Shown: positions 50,201 to 56,259, counted from the stretch's first letter. The stretch: 58,450 nucleotides of DNA from an uncultured Clostridia bacterium (GCA_937874195.1 CALNBM010000038.1:1-58450), one strand, 5' to 3'. The notes: generated by a model not told the origin, from the letters alone. Numbers and translations: made by a program.

Positions 50201-51074
50201 TGCGGTTAATGTGAATATTACTGCTACAATGCCTGAAGTGGGAAAAGAATATAAAATAATAAACTTAGGTGAAATTAGCGGCGCTAATTATGTTGGTGGT
50301 TTTGTCGGAGCAGGAAATCACATTAAGATTAATGGAAAAAATAATTTAATTTTACAAAATACAGGTAAAGTTATAGCAAACAATAGATTTGCAGGTGGCA
50401 TTTTGGGGAAATTAAATTATTACGAAAATACTGATAACTTGCAGGAGTTGTTAAATCAATCGAGTATTTATTATTTTGAGAAAAATATTATTAATTATGT
50501 TGAAAATAAGGAAGAAATACTAGGCTTTAACTATGTTGGTGGCATAGTTGGTGTAAATAATGGAAGGATAGAAAATGTAATTAATAGTGGGAATATAACA
50601 GGCAAATTTAACGGAAATTACTTTGGTGGAATTGCAGGCATGAGTAGAACGGTTATTGAGTTTGCTAAAAACTCGGGAGATATTTCGGGGAAAAATATTG
50701 TTGGTGGTATTGTGGGAACAGTAATTTTGTTAACGGATAATAATAATGTTATAAGGACAAGAGTACTTAATGTTGAAAATAATGGTAATGTGTCTGCAAC
50801 TATTAATAGTATCTATGGCGGTTTGATTGGTGAACTTAATGGTGATTTTGGGTCAACTTATTTTAATGACACTACACTTTATTTTGGTGTGGACAATACA
50901 AACAATGATATGGGAGCAATAGGTAATGGTCAGCACTTTGTTGGATATGAAGCTGATGTGCTGTTTAATAGAATAAAACATTTTATTGATAACAACCTAT
51001 CAGAATTATTCCCAAGCGCAAACTGGGAATACCAGGACAACGAATTACATTTAATTAAATTTAAACTTATTTGA
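32217..51074 (+). CDS. Giant (6285 aa) surface lipoprotein with GLUG/beta-helix modules and Ig-like spacers
   Basis: Basic N-terminus, hydrophobic stretch and FVAC lipobox (Cys25); dozens of GG(L/I)(V/A)G repeats; recurrent W.PIG....PF.G.F.GNG module starts; uninterrupted 18.9-kb ORF. Confidence 0.85.
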   Translation: MGKILRRVLVLIAFILGSSMVFVACENPYQNISLYVYISDEVVYNPDTSRDEFFLEGTTNSFTITAQVTGVKGNVNRGVKISVDQPTEILASKFETSSEQNGLTTARFTVKNGGNLKINVRTNEGGKSLSQNVFIVVPIKEIAFNTVNAIPVVRGVSTDLSNETPNSGNGYKFINFLPSNTNQRSEIKLQLVEENEQVEINGSKIKVAANSTISNFQIIASYNYHKKGGGVDVIKTQPITVDVLTPFSQPLLKDTISVFNEVAGQDIKLNKNTPSEFAVSLATNKDARYSEAIQAMLAFKEKGEAGEENINILDESYSYLGTKYSIDLYDAIKNHNTIGSDKNSDFLTVSKVGNKKFEVNHRDVAKTVPLDFYVNYSGYENFFDYQVVTVSVSVLAFTENMEVFSDSLAVEKVNELTLFNDYSATDLGSSIFVQILGNDDKILDTQTFSLSLENVQNIRAFKIVKGIEVEIVETDMLKSGTTVYFKNVENEIIVLEENAHIKLVSHAVVLNIPLYLVREKVAWGNDNISTNLFFELDNFKEIDLPLNRFLATWLDNEGEVILPEFDNLKAEDFVVEVLGGEVVKVLNESGETALYDLTKLKLTLQDKIGSATIIVKTPNGYTLTINITVLVNLTHENIYLSFDKYANVEDNFIESIDSLKTYTFNALVGDKQTVLLNYDNKNGTKFVLDDSVNIAFFNIVSSNPDSVYIQNSKELVVANYADLTKIAEITVTITGYSWTGDITSITPATASFEFKFFVKVNLPITGVYLERAALSIFTKDTLNLEDVSSKGEAILTLKTNPKDTTTFNKQNIKWLLFIDLGGAPVKEIDESNKTGYHREGNESNGARIYWELSDDKISIKFWVELLGTQASNISHDFRLSFYAMPTVTEEYKDFYGFKHEGFHSVHSRITATNAVLIEELTPDLPYNVLDFDLREMGDENIKNGYRYFEGENATKTFKYSLNPTNPENNKLEVTKSSGAGNIEFHVDEDKQEISVTVISLGVGENYRTPVFYIILSTMDSQDKDNPELYRFSVRITVRVQDGKDISYELRNEADLIRMRGDNSAYNSSYTLLDNISLTSNWVPIGTKEYPFTGKFFGYSELDGRRINYIISNVTINHNLTNEENMGIGFFGYTKNALIEGVTIKGLSINANGGLTNYNVSIGSLIGYMENTAVIDCVIEDGNGWDSSQGTTLNGENLNIIKKNENGIRYNYSSLDVNALAMIGGLAGTQIGGLIYNTTVKVRISTTLNLPEFPVKTIVYAGGLVGYLQASDINDVNAFAVFEGLEIDADIINQKFNIYYSPSLVGNFKVITLINAELSDDMSMANRLNSNSAFGGVVGLNNGKIQGVNARNIIFGKNNLGGLAGVNGGIIDGCLVSPTLHGQTNIGGAVGLNASGMIEDNGAGLSKVYGINYVNGIYRVEALFNSLLGAVYNTKVQMLDHKDSFSVLNTAIAGVNNLGGLVGLNLSQVVKNESNKTFDFMASLSFNSVYSYVSEIEITNGWDRRNDQHLYYGDIIVTTTQFGQTVGGYVGGANNLFVNTSYVKINISNNNKITDIVIGGMLGKIINSSQENKGVVLIFNSSVSGYVAYSKVENDTITYFTENQHNNVGGFLGDSENVYNNLLFNDESAIFDWTYNQAGLFGFKSEDTDKEFTTFYNLQASYTTLKFYSNIEEDVKYIQNFAGGNETENVELLKYGLTISKPKLLAANSFYIGYKTYARYGNEITQIITFNENLVRYGGNVDYFIFSETGTNVLYINNGNIASEPIATGLTVNWTRVNEDGEEDIFGEFYRSESTGASAGMTLPIKAQALGLVYTGPFDVYNTSWHYDNLNMSHLTASLYSNDINAKYYLTQNASVLEGKNIYMHEDVNGGWAIPLAETKTKDNGAINFIVDLPTNNMQILFLYSVGYQSEEEVVIEYNDNYNKVDIQKLNDTIVLSCYQVDKNLLPEIFGYYDFNGDRSHTPTQTERIYTSYLNAYLKSLNKYKLSNLLEILNDGISNQYDELNIYSNSNLINIEYGNGEVYINVLGTGKAYIYITSKYNLTVSERIEINIINKISNLSLFGDMLKINKLSESTPLNIIKSYDKILTITLDSYLENVTPGLTEYYGDIALSGNTKFGVGARFYVLNNEGSPYHASLNIPTEFSINGQKFSAYSGPQGWLIYVDCYDISTVHVKGYEKAKYNLMALPFAYDKQNLNTITLIADNTTSFETQGEKFAINIIDGTFGIGASEDAGSSPTTPANFEVVLQTDDINVGIYISIKQLERYMYLYGLNQVNAFSSASGVISSFYKDGYLVKVSDTLLFHISDSDILVEFVNNKRMAFNFDKFVVYITNLQYLDANNEVLFDASTDSIDDALNTSGMLASKRYSFQVDVEDRYLYDIAMIEEFNFDFYTVKYTTENEKIVENVILDEFKYTINPSLVEEDNVSINHFSKITLNTVDTTTGQKTIITDIDQNSMSNTLVAGYPGLLNINLYPSYARVDSLTVSSSISGGIYVGLEQMLADFTRNTEPDIYPEYIFAGSYSSIAEGTEIIDNGRGIRLINSSYNFVENNINQRGYNGKFYIKTLLPSFHNPLLVFTITVVGYLNGQAQFTKTINITPHLTPYIDFNVGGETNVAVAIGKEVELTLYTDGKVENNNMFDFFIENEKTTLASEKTKSYIFNGIRKVNENKYAFIINYDENLLGKQFSITVTAFNEIFNNIYEERATINFQLALFTVTSISVDRVEEGNLKGNFNQDYALEVKVNADYCTDKALISRNEADEIQKQLRFDTVQKHILREIDKLSASITSLGLYGKYRDFNNLTEEQITDWQISIARFGDGTVNGIRHITSTWYNNDQPLTVGTSYHGFVVSNGRAKFLVSDVKDLFGNSYREPYAVLNVRSTAIGSNERITARALIQYSGEKTNGVGLFDDNNVTSGFVFEHESDFGFDTVQLSNEENPEPIYSVTELMSMQADGHYILMEDLEVNFWTPLKTNIASLDGNGYVIRINSFIDVSSEENEIKEIGLFGVVHEDTLIKNLIVEIAPADKLIDETRSGENLATVDLEIIVHSYENYKIGIIAGVNNGTITNSMVLSNADDYRFFRDDLLISNGKLTQLELFARQEKYFSTKVNNSAYLYNLNRTSSIIKVRAINSVGSGNYRMSGFVGHNNGYITNSAVENITLQSEYYISGFVCENSGSISSSYFKGGNIVNTKQDTVGFTQDRMGTAGFVVINNANAEINYSYVLGRDTTNNERDISGLYNGSKIDKLVGYNYTLNSLTRDTHSVRMYGSVISSVKFAGGFIYRNAGLVTNSYVNSVVLGDECGGFVYINTTSGIIKNTYAIATIYKEETYSSPFSGVTTDKNNMVISLDAGVINNSYYLKMEVTDYQDIYEEQYRQWLVSGNFPENDLFLGETFDGDIHDIINQEKYIDVFSTNTMNRTSAASLTFKEFGAYTSFATFSFNEDHELNGESVATSVWFIPRENNNTANKSQTIARYFKHNSYKANIPQLVSANLRTTSLRYSNFIKHLPEDASVITVLDTLFNGMNYDEAYNIQYSLASLQGFEPNLYVLLRLLYEYPNRIGTYILNEYSLLTGDNSYVNAQGAGTIEKKLEYVFGRYSITNNIEALNAPTGNSHFSLLSNVRKAELSLEILINTINTINSTNIEDVSSFYYSFITRDNNNVDISYGGGVLNPYLVSSVEKFNVYALQINTQGQETTFNQAGALRLIKTISYNNTNEIARTYRTNFYGDFEGNGLYINDLRIIADNDDFVTENKIEHIGLFGTIGENADGKRGNVRNLNIFVQSLRAAAVKYVGVLAGEIYNSRISNINVTSNTDVTVTGLNVVGGIAGRIYGDSTTIANVSASISVHARYYNSVNNFSAINHTDYSHLFYLYDLSNVSRISYAGGIAGIMEARGVEDDIENAKINANVRGNEVYGNIRISGEVVGGLYGYLGKNSIVSHSRLIANENTRLNGSAIAGGLVGHSLGIVTKSEVENNNQTAIDNEIYNLLESDTYKNISTININIPSTGATSLYIGNPHYIGGIVGLSLGSIIQFSNNRVDVSNINAKYAGGVVGISIGTWLSNIYTTASAYSFTAYGGVIGLQTRFDNNNTNLINSGSFKYAINNTNLYQQISKVNKNLIQMESVVAATIWKTSHKVLNRSLYGIDAPRAQMGSFIGKALSYMENYAYYQTDNNGDIIAGTEWYDFKQNTLSQRMKNESIFFMQAYQENNLELIYEIGNATSNAVNLLPIDKKFVENGYHEIETGTGLVPYFMVVNAMQYVHNNVAYAYSGDISTDIYHSNDYSAQFYRYSRLQNYGSLRTLKEIFDGIYTLKETAVNNLNIRIFGRASDSEYKTITQEYEPGEVLENVSGAKNYLTGDNNPQFQEIYNNWRRDTWFGITMFDGRRELRSIYLFPSLRTKVYQEIIYVYTLEDLRSNFADFPSATYIIMADIALTTSDAEGWVPLGSAELPFSGTLKTFGNYRLYNMSTLTAGFDSFGLFAYTYGATFYNIKIDVGRVLSNSTYMGILAGSATKTYFQGITVTGDISIANNIETNAEYLGGVVGKATDCYFDQVKVENMNLIATHSSVKMGGVVGAVDANESYDMRLSRALNGMRNTYVQNMIINTNTIVTSTPASHIGGLIGKIQSDNDATFELFQSAFYGDIVPGDISNAHIGGVVGYADYINMQYVGAEGKLKASTIQFSKLGGIFGGLGRIDNAPSRHITIAFVINNFDIIISSGAENHVGGLIGVMQSGAADEIRSSYSTGTLSIQAIAGYAVGGLIGSIKDSDGGITIADVYSMSKTSLFPNKNNQVGGIVGKVSGVDASAFENAIYVYDFMPNSNDYGKPISSLALRNADANKLKEYGLVGESVWKKESNGYYPLLNNNFFGNMQREGTVQNPRVSSSIYFGTDEKAIIFNADCDLSSIVLENKTLYLTGNYHSTTGLEFKIDNTSAVFGLNITDSKINNSGIISRSLFYQQDSPITSNGFLVYSRVVSSVDFLAEIEKQAYFSYVKRDGIVTYYNRKSEPISLSPNAIANINEFVEKDYDFENIWTVILGNNDNELIINNLPIFRWEIENESECYWKNSENNLYLDESTLKVTISTPGELAAFAKYINAGGKLSDNAIITLDQDINLTGKEWTPIGTSDKPFTYKFNGNGFTISHISSTLNQNSGLFGVVGNASIENLTVKDSIILDGSFKSNAGLVALAIGNINLTNVYLVNNQIAGGNAGGFIGHNTGNVTIQESYNNNKFTYGVSTGGFVGTSESEGSINIINSYLSNGDVTESEKNRINVLGAKNSNIVGVLVGTLAGKMSIKTSYNSTNLDKFVGDFKASATIQSNSNFYSIASHDEKVVAITTYDLQADALPGFDWSGIWSRNTLINNNYPSFFTRWLSSIALPNYYQNNEEIDNREHFIPSESVTQDERDFYIKINSGVENIQARTILIYTASQLSFISKMVNMGGYTFENWNIMLVAVDKSGNANSINLDEKSWYAIGYDDINNPRPFSGNIYGWNDTNKDKAYITIENATVTNPNKQVTNPIDYLGLFGYVLNANIGYINLINAHVRNIEGNYVGNLVGKAKNSDIDNIYVGDVSVRVRGKSVVGGVIGYALNTNLSHIENYSSVISQGEYAGGVVGLFESSRATITLNNLKNYGSVTGYNQFIGGILGQVYINNSSASLLVEKLSNYGTIDIIEKTCSNTGGIAGIFIVDNIKSVLFDNLVSIKDINGITNLGGITGELIIKASENVTIQNLNNKGNITGTSEYVAGMIGRVEITTTSGDITVNDITQTGSVKSADNYIAGVFGELKTLSVNTTIENIMFSASVEGNSYVGGVFGRLDIDCTEKAYIFNLFNNDSVPLPTPQIKGGRFIGGIAGQVEIKNANIVELTRLENNLNILSTVNFIGGIFGQLTVNATEQINIDNLVNKGGISGHAYTGGIVGRAKIIVQDFADNELIINSLHNSGEISSDNSFVGGLFGYITSSDSYEPSEPFVITGLKQIAIYNSVNSGTISGGDFIGGLIGFAVNVNITATMPEVGKEYKIINLGEISGANYVGGFVGAGNHIKINGKNNLILQNTGKVIANNRFAGGILGKLNYYENTDNLQELLNQSSIYYFEKNIINYVENKEEILGFNYVGGIVGVNNGRIENVINSGNITGKFNGNYFGGIAGMSRTVIEFAKNSGDISGKNIVGGIVGTVILLTDNNNVIRTRVLNVENNGNVSATINSIYGGLIGELNGDFGSTYFNDTTLYFGVDNTNNDMGAIGNGQHFVGYEADVLFNRIKHFIDNNLSELFPSANWEYQDNELHLIKFKLI

Positions 51075-51162
51075 AAATATATTATCTTTAAAACATAACT
51101 CTTAAAACCATTATTTATACTATTTTTATAAAGATAATGAAGTTAATTAATAAAACTAGATA

Positions 51163-51191
51163 TTGCCAAATGGGAAAACTTGTGATACAAT
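51163..51191 (+). promoter_or_regulatory. sigma-A promoter of the 51239 gene
   Basis: TTGCCA-N17-TACAAT with extended -10 TG. Confidence 0.7.
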
Positions 51192-51238
51192 ACAATTAAT
51201 TTTAAAAGATGTCGATTTTAAAGAAATTGGAGAATATT

Positions 51239-54200
51239 ATGACGGTGGATGAAATTATAGAAAAAGGTAATCCTATAACAAAAAATATTGAAAATATTCA
51301 GTCAACAAAACAGTCGGCTTTTTTAGCAGGTGCGGCAGGCTATTATACGGCAGGACTAAACGCACGATTAATCTCAGCAGACTTGCATGATGCAAATTTG
51401 GGATTTTTCGATCGTTTTAACAATTTCCTAGTGTTTGGTAAAATTAAAGCATTATTAGATGAATTTGCAAATAAAAACAATTTAGTAGAAAATATATTAA
51501 GATTAAAAATTTTTGAGACTCCAGAAGGTCCAGTGCAGTTTTTTAAAAGTTTAACAAATGACGCAAAAAAGCAAAAAGCGTCAACTAAGAAAGCGTATGA
51601 CTTGGCAATGGCTGAAGTTAAAAGTTTGTTTCCGGGTATAACAGAACTAATCTCTATTCAAATAAGACAAGAAGAAGCGCTAAAACCTGAAAATGTATCT
51701 AGTGAGTCTTTCACGAAGACAGATAGGAAAAAAATTAAAAAAGCCCTAGAACTAAATGCCCTTGCTCAAGAACTTGCTATTACTGCTGTAACTGGTATCC
51801 ACACACAAGGTATGCAAGAAGAAATATTAAGAAACAGAAAACTAAAACTAATTGAAGAAATCCAAAACGATTTTAATGATAAAAAACCTGAGCTTTTAAG
51901 TTCAGAATATATAAAAAATATTGCAAGTAGTAATTTTAGCCCAAGTGATGGGTATGCTTTTTATGTTGATATAGATACGAAAACTCTATGTTTAATTGAT
52001 AATAATGGACAAGTATTAACCAATTTTCCTGATGATTTAATTAGCATTAAAATTGATGGTGATAAAGCTTTCCAATCATTTGAGCAGTTTTCGCAATTTG
52101 TGGGTGGAATGATTAATCAAACTCCTGAACATCAATTTAATAAATATTCCAAACAACTTTCTAACGCAAAAAAAGAAAATGTAAAAACAGCAAAAGAAAG
52201 CATTGTTGACAGCCCTGAAAATAAAACTGTTCTTTTAAATGAAATTGCTAAAAGGAACTTTGAACTTCCAACGGGCTTTACTATTGAAGTGCAAAGTGAA
52301 TTGGAAAAAGATGGGGAAAATTTAAGCATTGAAGAAGCAAAAGCGATTTTAAAGTTGCCTGAGAGTGAGCAATTAGCAATGCTTGATAAGTTTAATTTAG
52401 AGATAAAAGAAAAGCTAATTGTTAGAGACAAAGAGGGTGAGGAAATAAGCATAGATAGTATTGAGCTTAAAGATAAAGGTGATAATGCTTTTAATAATTT
52501 TGAAAAATTCGAAATATTTTATATAAATGAAAAAGACAGTAATATAAAAACCATAGTAGATGCTTACACAGAACATACAAATGCAAAAACGGAAAACATT
52601 GAGGACCTGGATTTATTTTTAGTAAATATGCAAAAGAAACAAATTGCAGATGCTGAAAAAGAATTGGCAAATGTATCTAAAAGAATAAATGAACTTGAAA
52701 AACAAGCAAAAGAAAAGAGTTTAATCACGTACACAAAAGAATTCAATGAGTATAATGATGAAATAGAATTTAACAAACTGGCGATTGACAGTTTAAAGTA
52801 TTCTTTATATAACGAAATTCTAGAAAATTATGAAGCAGTATTAAATGATGCATCTATGCACGGTTTTATTGCAAAAATTAAAAATCGGGAAGATAATGAG
52901 AATAATGATAGAAAAAAAGCAATAATAGAAAGTCGCAAGCAAGCATATTTTGGAGACACTTCTGTTATTATGGATAATGCTGAGCAGTCTTATGAAAAAA
53001 TGCAAGAGAGAGAAAATAAACTAAAAGAAAATATTGCAAAAATAATCGAAAAAAATACAGAACAACTGCTTTATTCAACCACATGCGCTATTCCTATTCC
53101 ACAACCAGATGGAAGCTATCAAGTGTATTTAGGTGGTGGTCTTGATAGCAACAAAATGCCAAGTTTTCAAACCATGACTTTTGAAGAAGCTAAAAAATGG
53201 TATGCTTTTTCTCCTACTCATGAGGATGGGGTGCCAGGTGCTGACGCTTATCTTTCAATGGACGAAGAAAATAGAAAACAAGCCGGTAAGATTGTCGATG
53301 AGATGACAAAACAGGAGTTTGACAATGCAATATTTTTTAATGAGTTAGTGCATGTGTCTTTGCCTGATGCCTTAAAAACTTATAATAACTTTATTTCTCA
53401 AGTAAGCCAAATTGAAAAATTTAAAGAAGATATTGATAGAAATTTGGAAGAGGAAATAGCTTATGAAATTAATGCAGGGAGCATTATATTTATAGATAAT
53501 ATTTATCAAAGAAAAGATGAGCTAGGAAATATTGTTCCGATTTTTAGTGAACACGAGAGTTTGGTTATTTCAACTATTTCGCAAGAAGAACAACAGGAAA
53601 TATTATTTGCTAAATTTATACCTGTAAAAAGAGAAGCACTTTCTAATGTGAGATTTAACTCCAAAGGTGAGATGCTATTTTTAAAAGAAGGCGAATACAA
53701 ACAATGCTTTGGAAATGAGGCAGATTGGGTAGATATCAATAATAGAAGTGTTGAATTTTCAAGTAAAATAATCAATGAGTTTCGTGAAAATTATTTAAAT
53801 GAAGTTATAGAGAAAGAAGAACTGCTTGCTGAAATAGCAAGTAGGCTTGCACGAGAAGAACAAATAAATTTTGAAAAAGAAGGTCATACACAGGAAAATA
53901 CTAATAATGAAGTGTTTGATATCACACAAAAAAAAGAGACTAATAATCAAAATAAAGAAGATAATATTGACGAAAGTAATTTTAAACAACAAGCAGATTC
54001 TACCCACTCCCCTGAAATTATACAAAAAGAAACTAATAATTCCGCACGAGAAGGAGCGTCTACCAATCAAGAACAAGAAAGCACGCCAACCAATATTTCG
54101 CAAGAATCTTCTAATCAAGAACAAAATGCAGCACCTTCCAATCCAATACAACAAGGAGCATCTGCCAACCAAGAACAAGATAGGGCACTTCCTATTCAAG

Positions 54201-55489
54201 AACGACAAAACACTCAAAAGAATGGACTAGTTCAACCATCGCCAGCTGAAATGAGTAATGATGATATGGCGTATACTATGCACATTTTTCACCCATCTAA
54301 ATTAATTGCTTATGATGCAGATGTTATAGTATCATTTTTGAAAAGTCAAAATATAAGTTATAAGCAGATGGTAAAGCATGCTAGGGCTTTTAGTAAATAT
54401 TATTATACAAAATTCCCACAGGTAAAAGCTCAAACAAGGCGTGTGATTGTGCCAAGAACTCAACCAACAGAACAAGAAAATGTAAATGAGCAAGAAGAAA
54501 GGGCGGATACGCCAGTTGTAAATCAAGAAGTAAGTGAAACACATGAAAAACAGAATCTAAAAAAAGCTTCTATAGTTGAGAATCAACAAACAAATCAAGA
54601 GTCAAACAATACCGATGCGGAGCAAATAATTCATGAGGTGGAAAACCCACAAGAGATTTTGCAAACAGAAGTTGATTTAAATCAAGAGCAAACTGCATCT
54701 AAACCCGTAGAAATAAAACAAGATGAAGTTATTCAACAAGAAGAGGCAACAAGGCAGATTATTCAAGAAAAAATTACTGAACAAAAAACAGAATCAGCAA
54801 AACCAACTGTATCGGCACCTTCGACTGAAACTAAGACAGAGCAACATCAATCAAAGTCTGTAGGCGTGGTAGATGCATCCCATAGTATTTTAAAGGCATA
54901 TTTTGCTGATACTGCTATAAGCAGTATTAAAAGCCGAGTAGTAAAAGAAAATGAGGATTTAGAGTCTCACAATTACAATGTCGCAGAAGAATTTTTAACC
55001 TGGTATGATAGAACACTAAAAGAAAGAGGTGAAAATCTAACGCTTGAAGTTCAGGAAGAAATACAACAATTACTTGAAAATCAACCTTTGGCGTTCAAGC
55101 GATTTCAAAAAGAAGCTTTCGCTAATATTATAAGTGGTATTAAAGAAATGACATCAATAACCGAATTAACACCAACTATTTCGACTAATTTGATTAATGG
55201 GTTAGAAGGTAAATTTAATAATACGAAAGATAAAGGAAAACTTGAAGATCAACAAGCTAAAAATTTAATTTTGAAAGACTTTCAAAACACTGAAATTCTT
55301 TCCCTTATAGATAATGATAATTTTGACGCCAGTATGCAAAATGTTTATGTAGGCATGCATATTGTGAATAAAGCATTAGTTGATGCGGATGATATTCGAA
55401 AAATATATTTGAAAAAAAAACAACAAGCACTAAATAAAACCGAACCTTCTACTTCTCCACATAGTCCAACGAGTGAAATTGAACGGTAA
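51239..55489 (+). CDS. Large acidic hypothetical protein with coiled coils and Q/E/N-rich low-complexity region
   Basis: GGAG RBS favours ATG 51239 (~1416 aa); no signal peptide or TM segment; ends TSEIER. Confidence 0.8.
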   Translation: MTVDEIIEKGNPITKNIENIQSTKQSAFLAGAAGYYTAGLNARLISADLHDANLGFFDRFNNFLVFGKIKALLDEFANKNNLVENILRLKIFETPEGPVQFFKSLTNDAKKQKASTKKAYDLAMAEVKSLFPGITELISIQIRQEEALKPENVSSESFTKTDRKKIKKALELNALAQELAITAVTGIHTQGMQEEILRNRKLKLIEEIQNDFNDKKPELLSSEYIKNIASSNFSPSDGYAFYVDIDTKTLCLIDNNGQVLTNFPDDLISIKIDGDKAFQSFEQFSQFVGGMINQTPEHQFNKYSKQLSNAKKENVKTAKESIVDSPENKTVLLNEIAKRNFELPTGFTIEVQSELEKDGENLSIEEAKAILKLPESEQLAMLDKFNLEIKEKLIVRDKEGEEISIDSIELKDKGDNAFNNFEKFEIFYINEKDSNIKTIVDAYTEHTNAKTENIEDLDLFLVNMQKKQIADAEKELANVSKRINELEKQAKEKSLITYTKEFNEYNDEIEFNKLAIDSLKYSLYNEILENYEAVLNDASMHGFIAKIKNREDNENNDRKKAIIESRKQAYFGDTSVIMDNAEQSYEKMQERENKLKENIAKIIEKNTEQLLYSTTCAIPIPQPDGSYQVYLGGGLDSNKMPSFQTMTFEEAKKWYAFSPTHEDGVPGADAYLSMDEENRKQAGKIVDEMTKQEFDNAIFFNELVHVSLPDALKTYNNFISQVSQIEKFKEDIDRNLEEEIAYEINAGSIIFIDNIYQRKDELGNIVPIFSEHESLVISTISQEEQQEILFAKFIPVKREALSNVRFNSKGEMLFLKEGEYKQCFGNEADWVDINNRSVEFSSKIINEFRENYLNEVIEKEELLAEIASRLAREEQINFEKEGHTQENTNNEVFDITQKKETNNQNKEDNIDESNFKQQADSTHSPEIIQKETNNSAREGASTNQEQESTPTNISQESSNQEQNAAPSNPIQQGASANQEQDRALPIQERQNTQKNGLVQPSPAEMSNDDMAYTMHIFHPSKLIAYDADVIVSFLKSQNISYKQMVKHARAFSKYYYTKFPQVKAQTRRVIVPRTQPTEQENVNEQEERADTPVVNQEVSETHEKQNLKKASIVENQQTNQESNNTDAEQIIHEVENPQEILQTEVDLNQEQTASKPVEIKQDEVIQQEEATRQIIQEKITEQKTESAKPTVSAPSTETKTEQHQSKSVGVVDASHSILKAYFADTAISSIKSRVVKENEDLESHNYNVAEEFLTWYDRTLKERGENLTLEVQEEIQQLLENQPLAFKRFQKEAFANIISGIKEMTSITELTPTISTNLINGLEGKFNNTKDKGKLEDQQAKNLILKDFQNTEILSLIDNDNFDASMQNVYVGMHIVNKALVDADDIRKIYLKKKQQALNKTEPSTSPHSPTSEIER

Positions 55490-55580
55490 TATAATTCAAA
55501 AAATGTAATATTTTTTAAGTTATTGAATAATATATCCTTAAATATTTGTAACAAAAATTAAATTAAATTACATATATTTA

Positions 55581-55609
55581 TTGACAGCACATCTCTTTTT
55601 CATTATAAT
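55581..55609 (+). promoter_or_regulatory. sigma-A promoter of greA
   Basis: Perfect TTGACA-N17-TATAAT. Confidence 0.85.
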
Positions 55610-55757
55610 ATATGAACTAAATTATATTTACACAAATTTATAAAAAGAGTTGAAGTTTTAAAAGAAGCCGACATGTTTAAAACAATTTTAAATGTGTCGC
55701 AACTTTTTTTAAAAAAGAAAAGGTTATTTTGTATACATTTTATGGAGGCTAAAAAAA

Positions 55758-56234
55758 ATGGAAGAAATTTATTTAACGAAAGAAGGCTATAAGGAATTAG
55801 AAACACGATTATTGTTTTTAAAAAGTCAGGGCAGAGTAGATATTGCTGAAAAGATAAAATATGCTCGCAGTTTTGGTGACATAAGCGAAAATAGTGAATA
55901 TGATGCTGCTAGAGATGAAGAAGCATCTTTAGAACAAGAAATAAAAGAAATTGAAAACAAACTGAGAAAAGCAAAAATAATATCTAAATTAAAGATTGAT
56001 AAATCTGTAATTAATGTTGGTTGCCAAGTGGTTGTTTATGATAAAATTTTTGATGAAAATTTAAATTTTACAATAATCGGCAGTAGCGAAAGCAATCCAT
56101 CTAAAGGATTAATTAGTAATATTAGTCCTATCGGCAAAGCATTAATGGGAAAAAAGAAAGGCGATGTTGTGGATGTGGAAACACCGGGCGCTAATAAAAT
56201 GCAGTTCCAAGTGTTGACTATAACATATCTTTAA
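55758..56234 (+). CDS. greA: Transcription elongation factor GreA
   Basis: LTKEGY..LE..L, ARSFGDISENSEYDAAR, IS.ISPIGKALMG. Confidence 0.98.
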   Translation: MEEIYLTKEGYKELETRLLFLKSQGRVDIAEKIKYARSFGDISENSEYDAARDEEASLEQEIKEIENKLRKAKIISKLKIDKSVINVGCQVVVYDKIFDENLNFTIIGSSESNPSKGLISNISPIGKALMGKKKGDVVDVETPGANKMQFQVLTITYL

Positions 56235-56259
56235 AAATGATTATTTAATCTAAAAGTTT

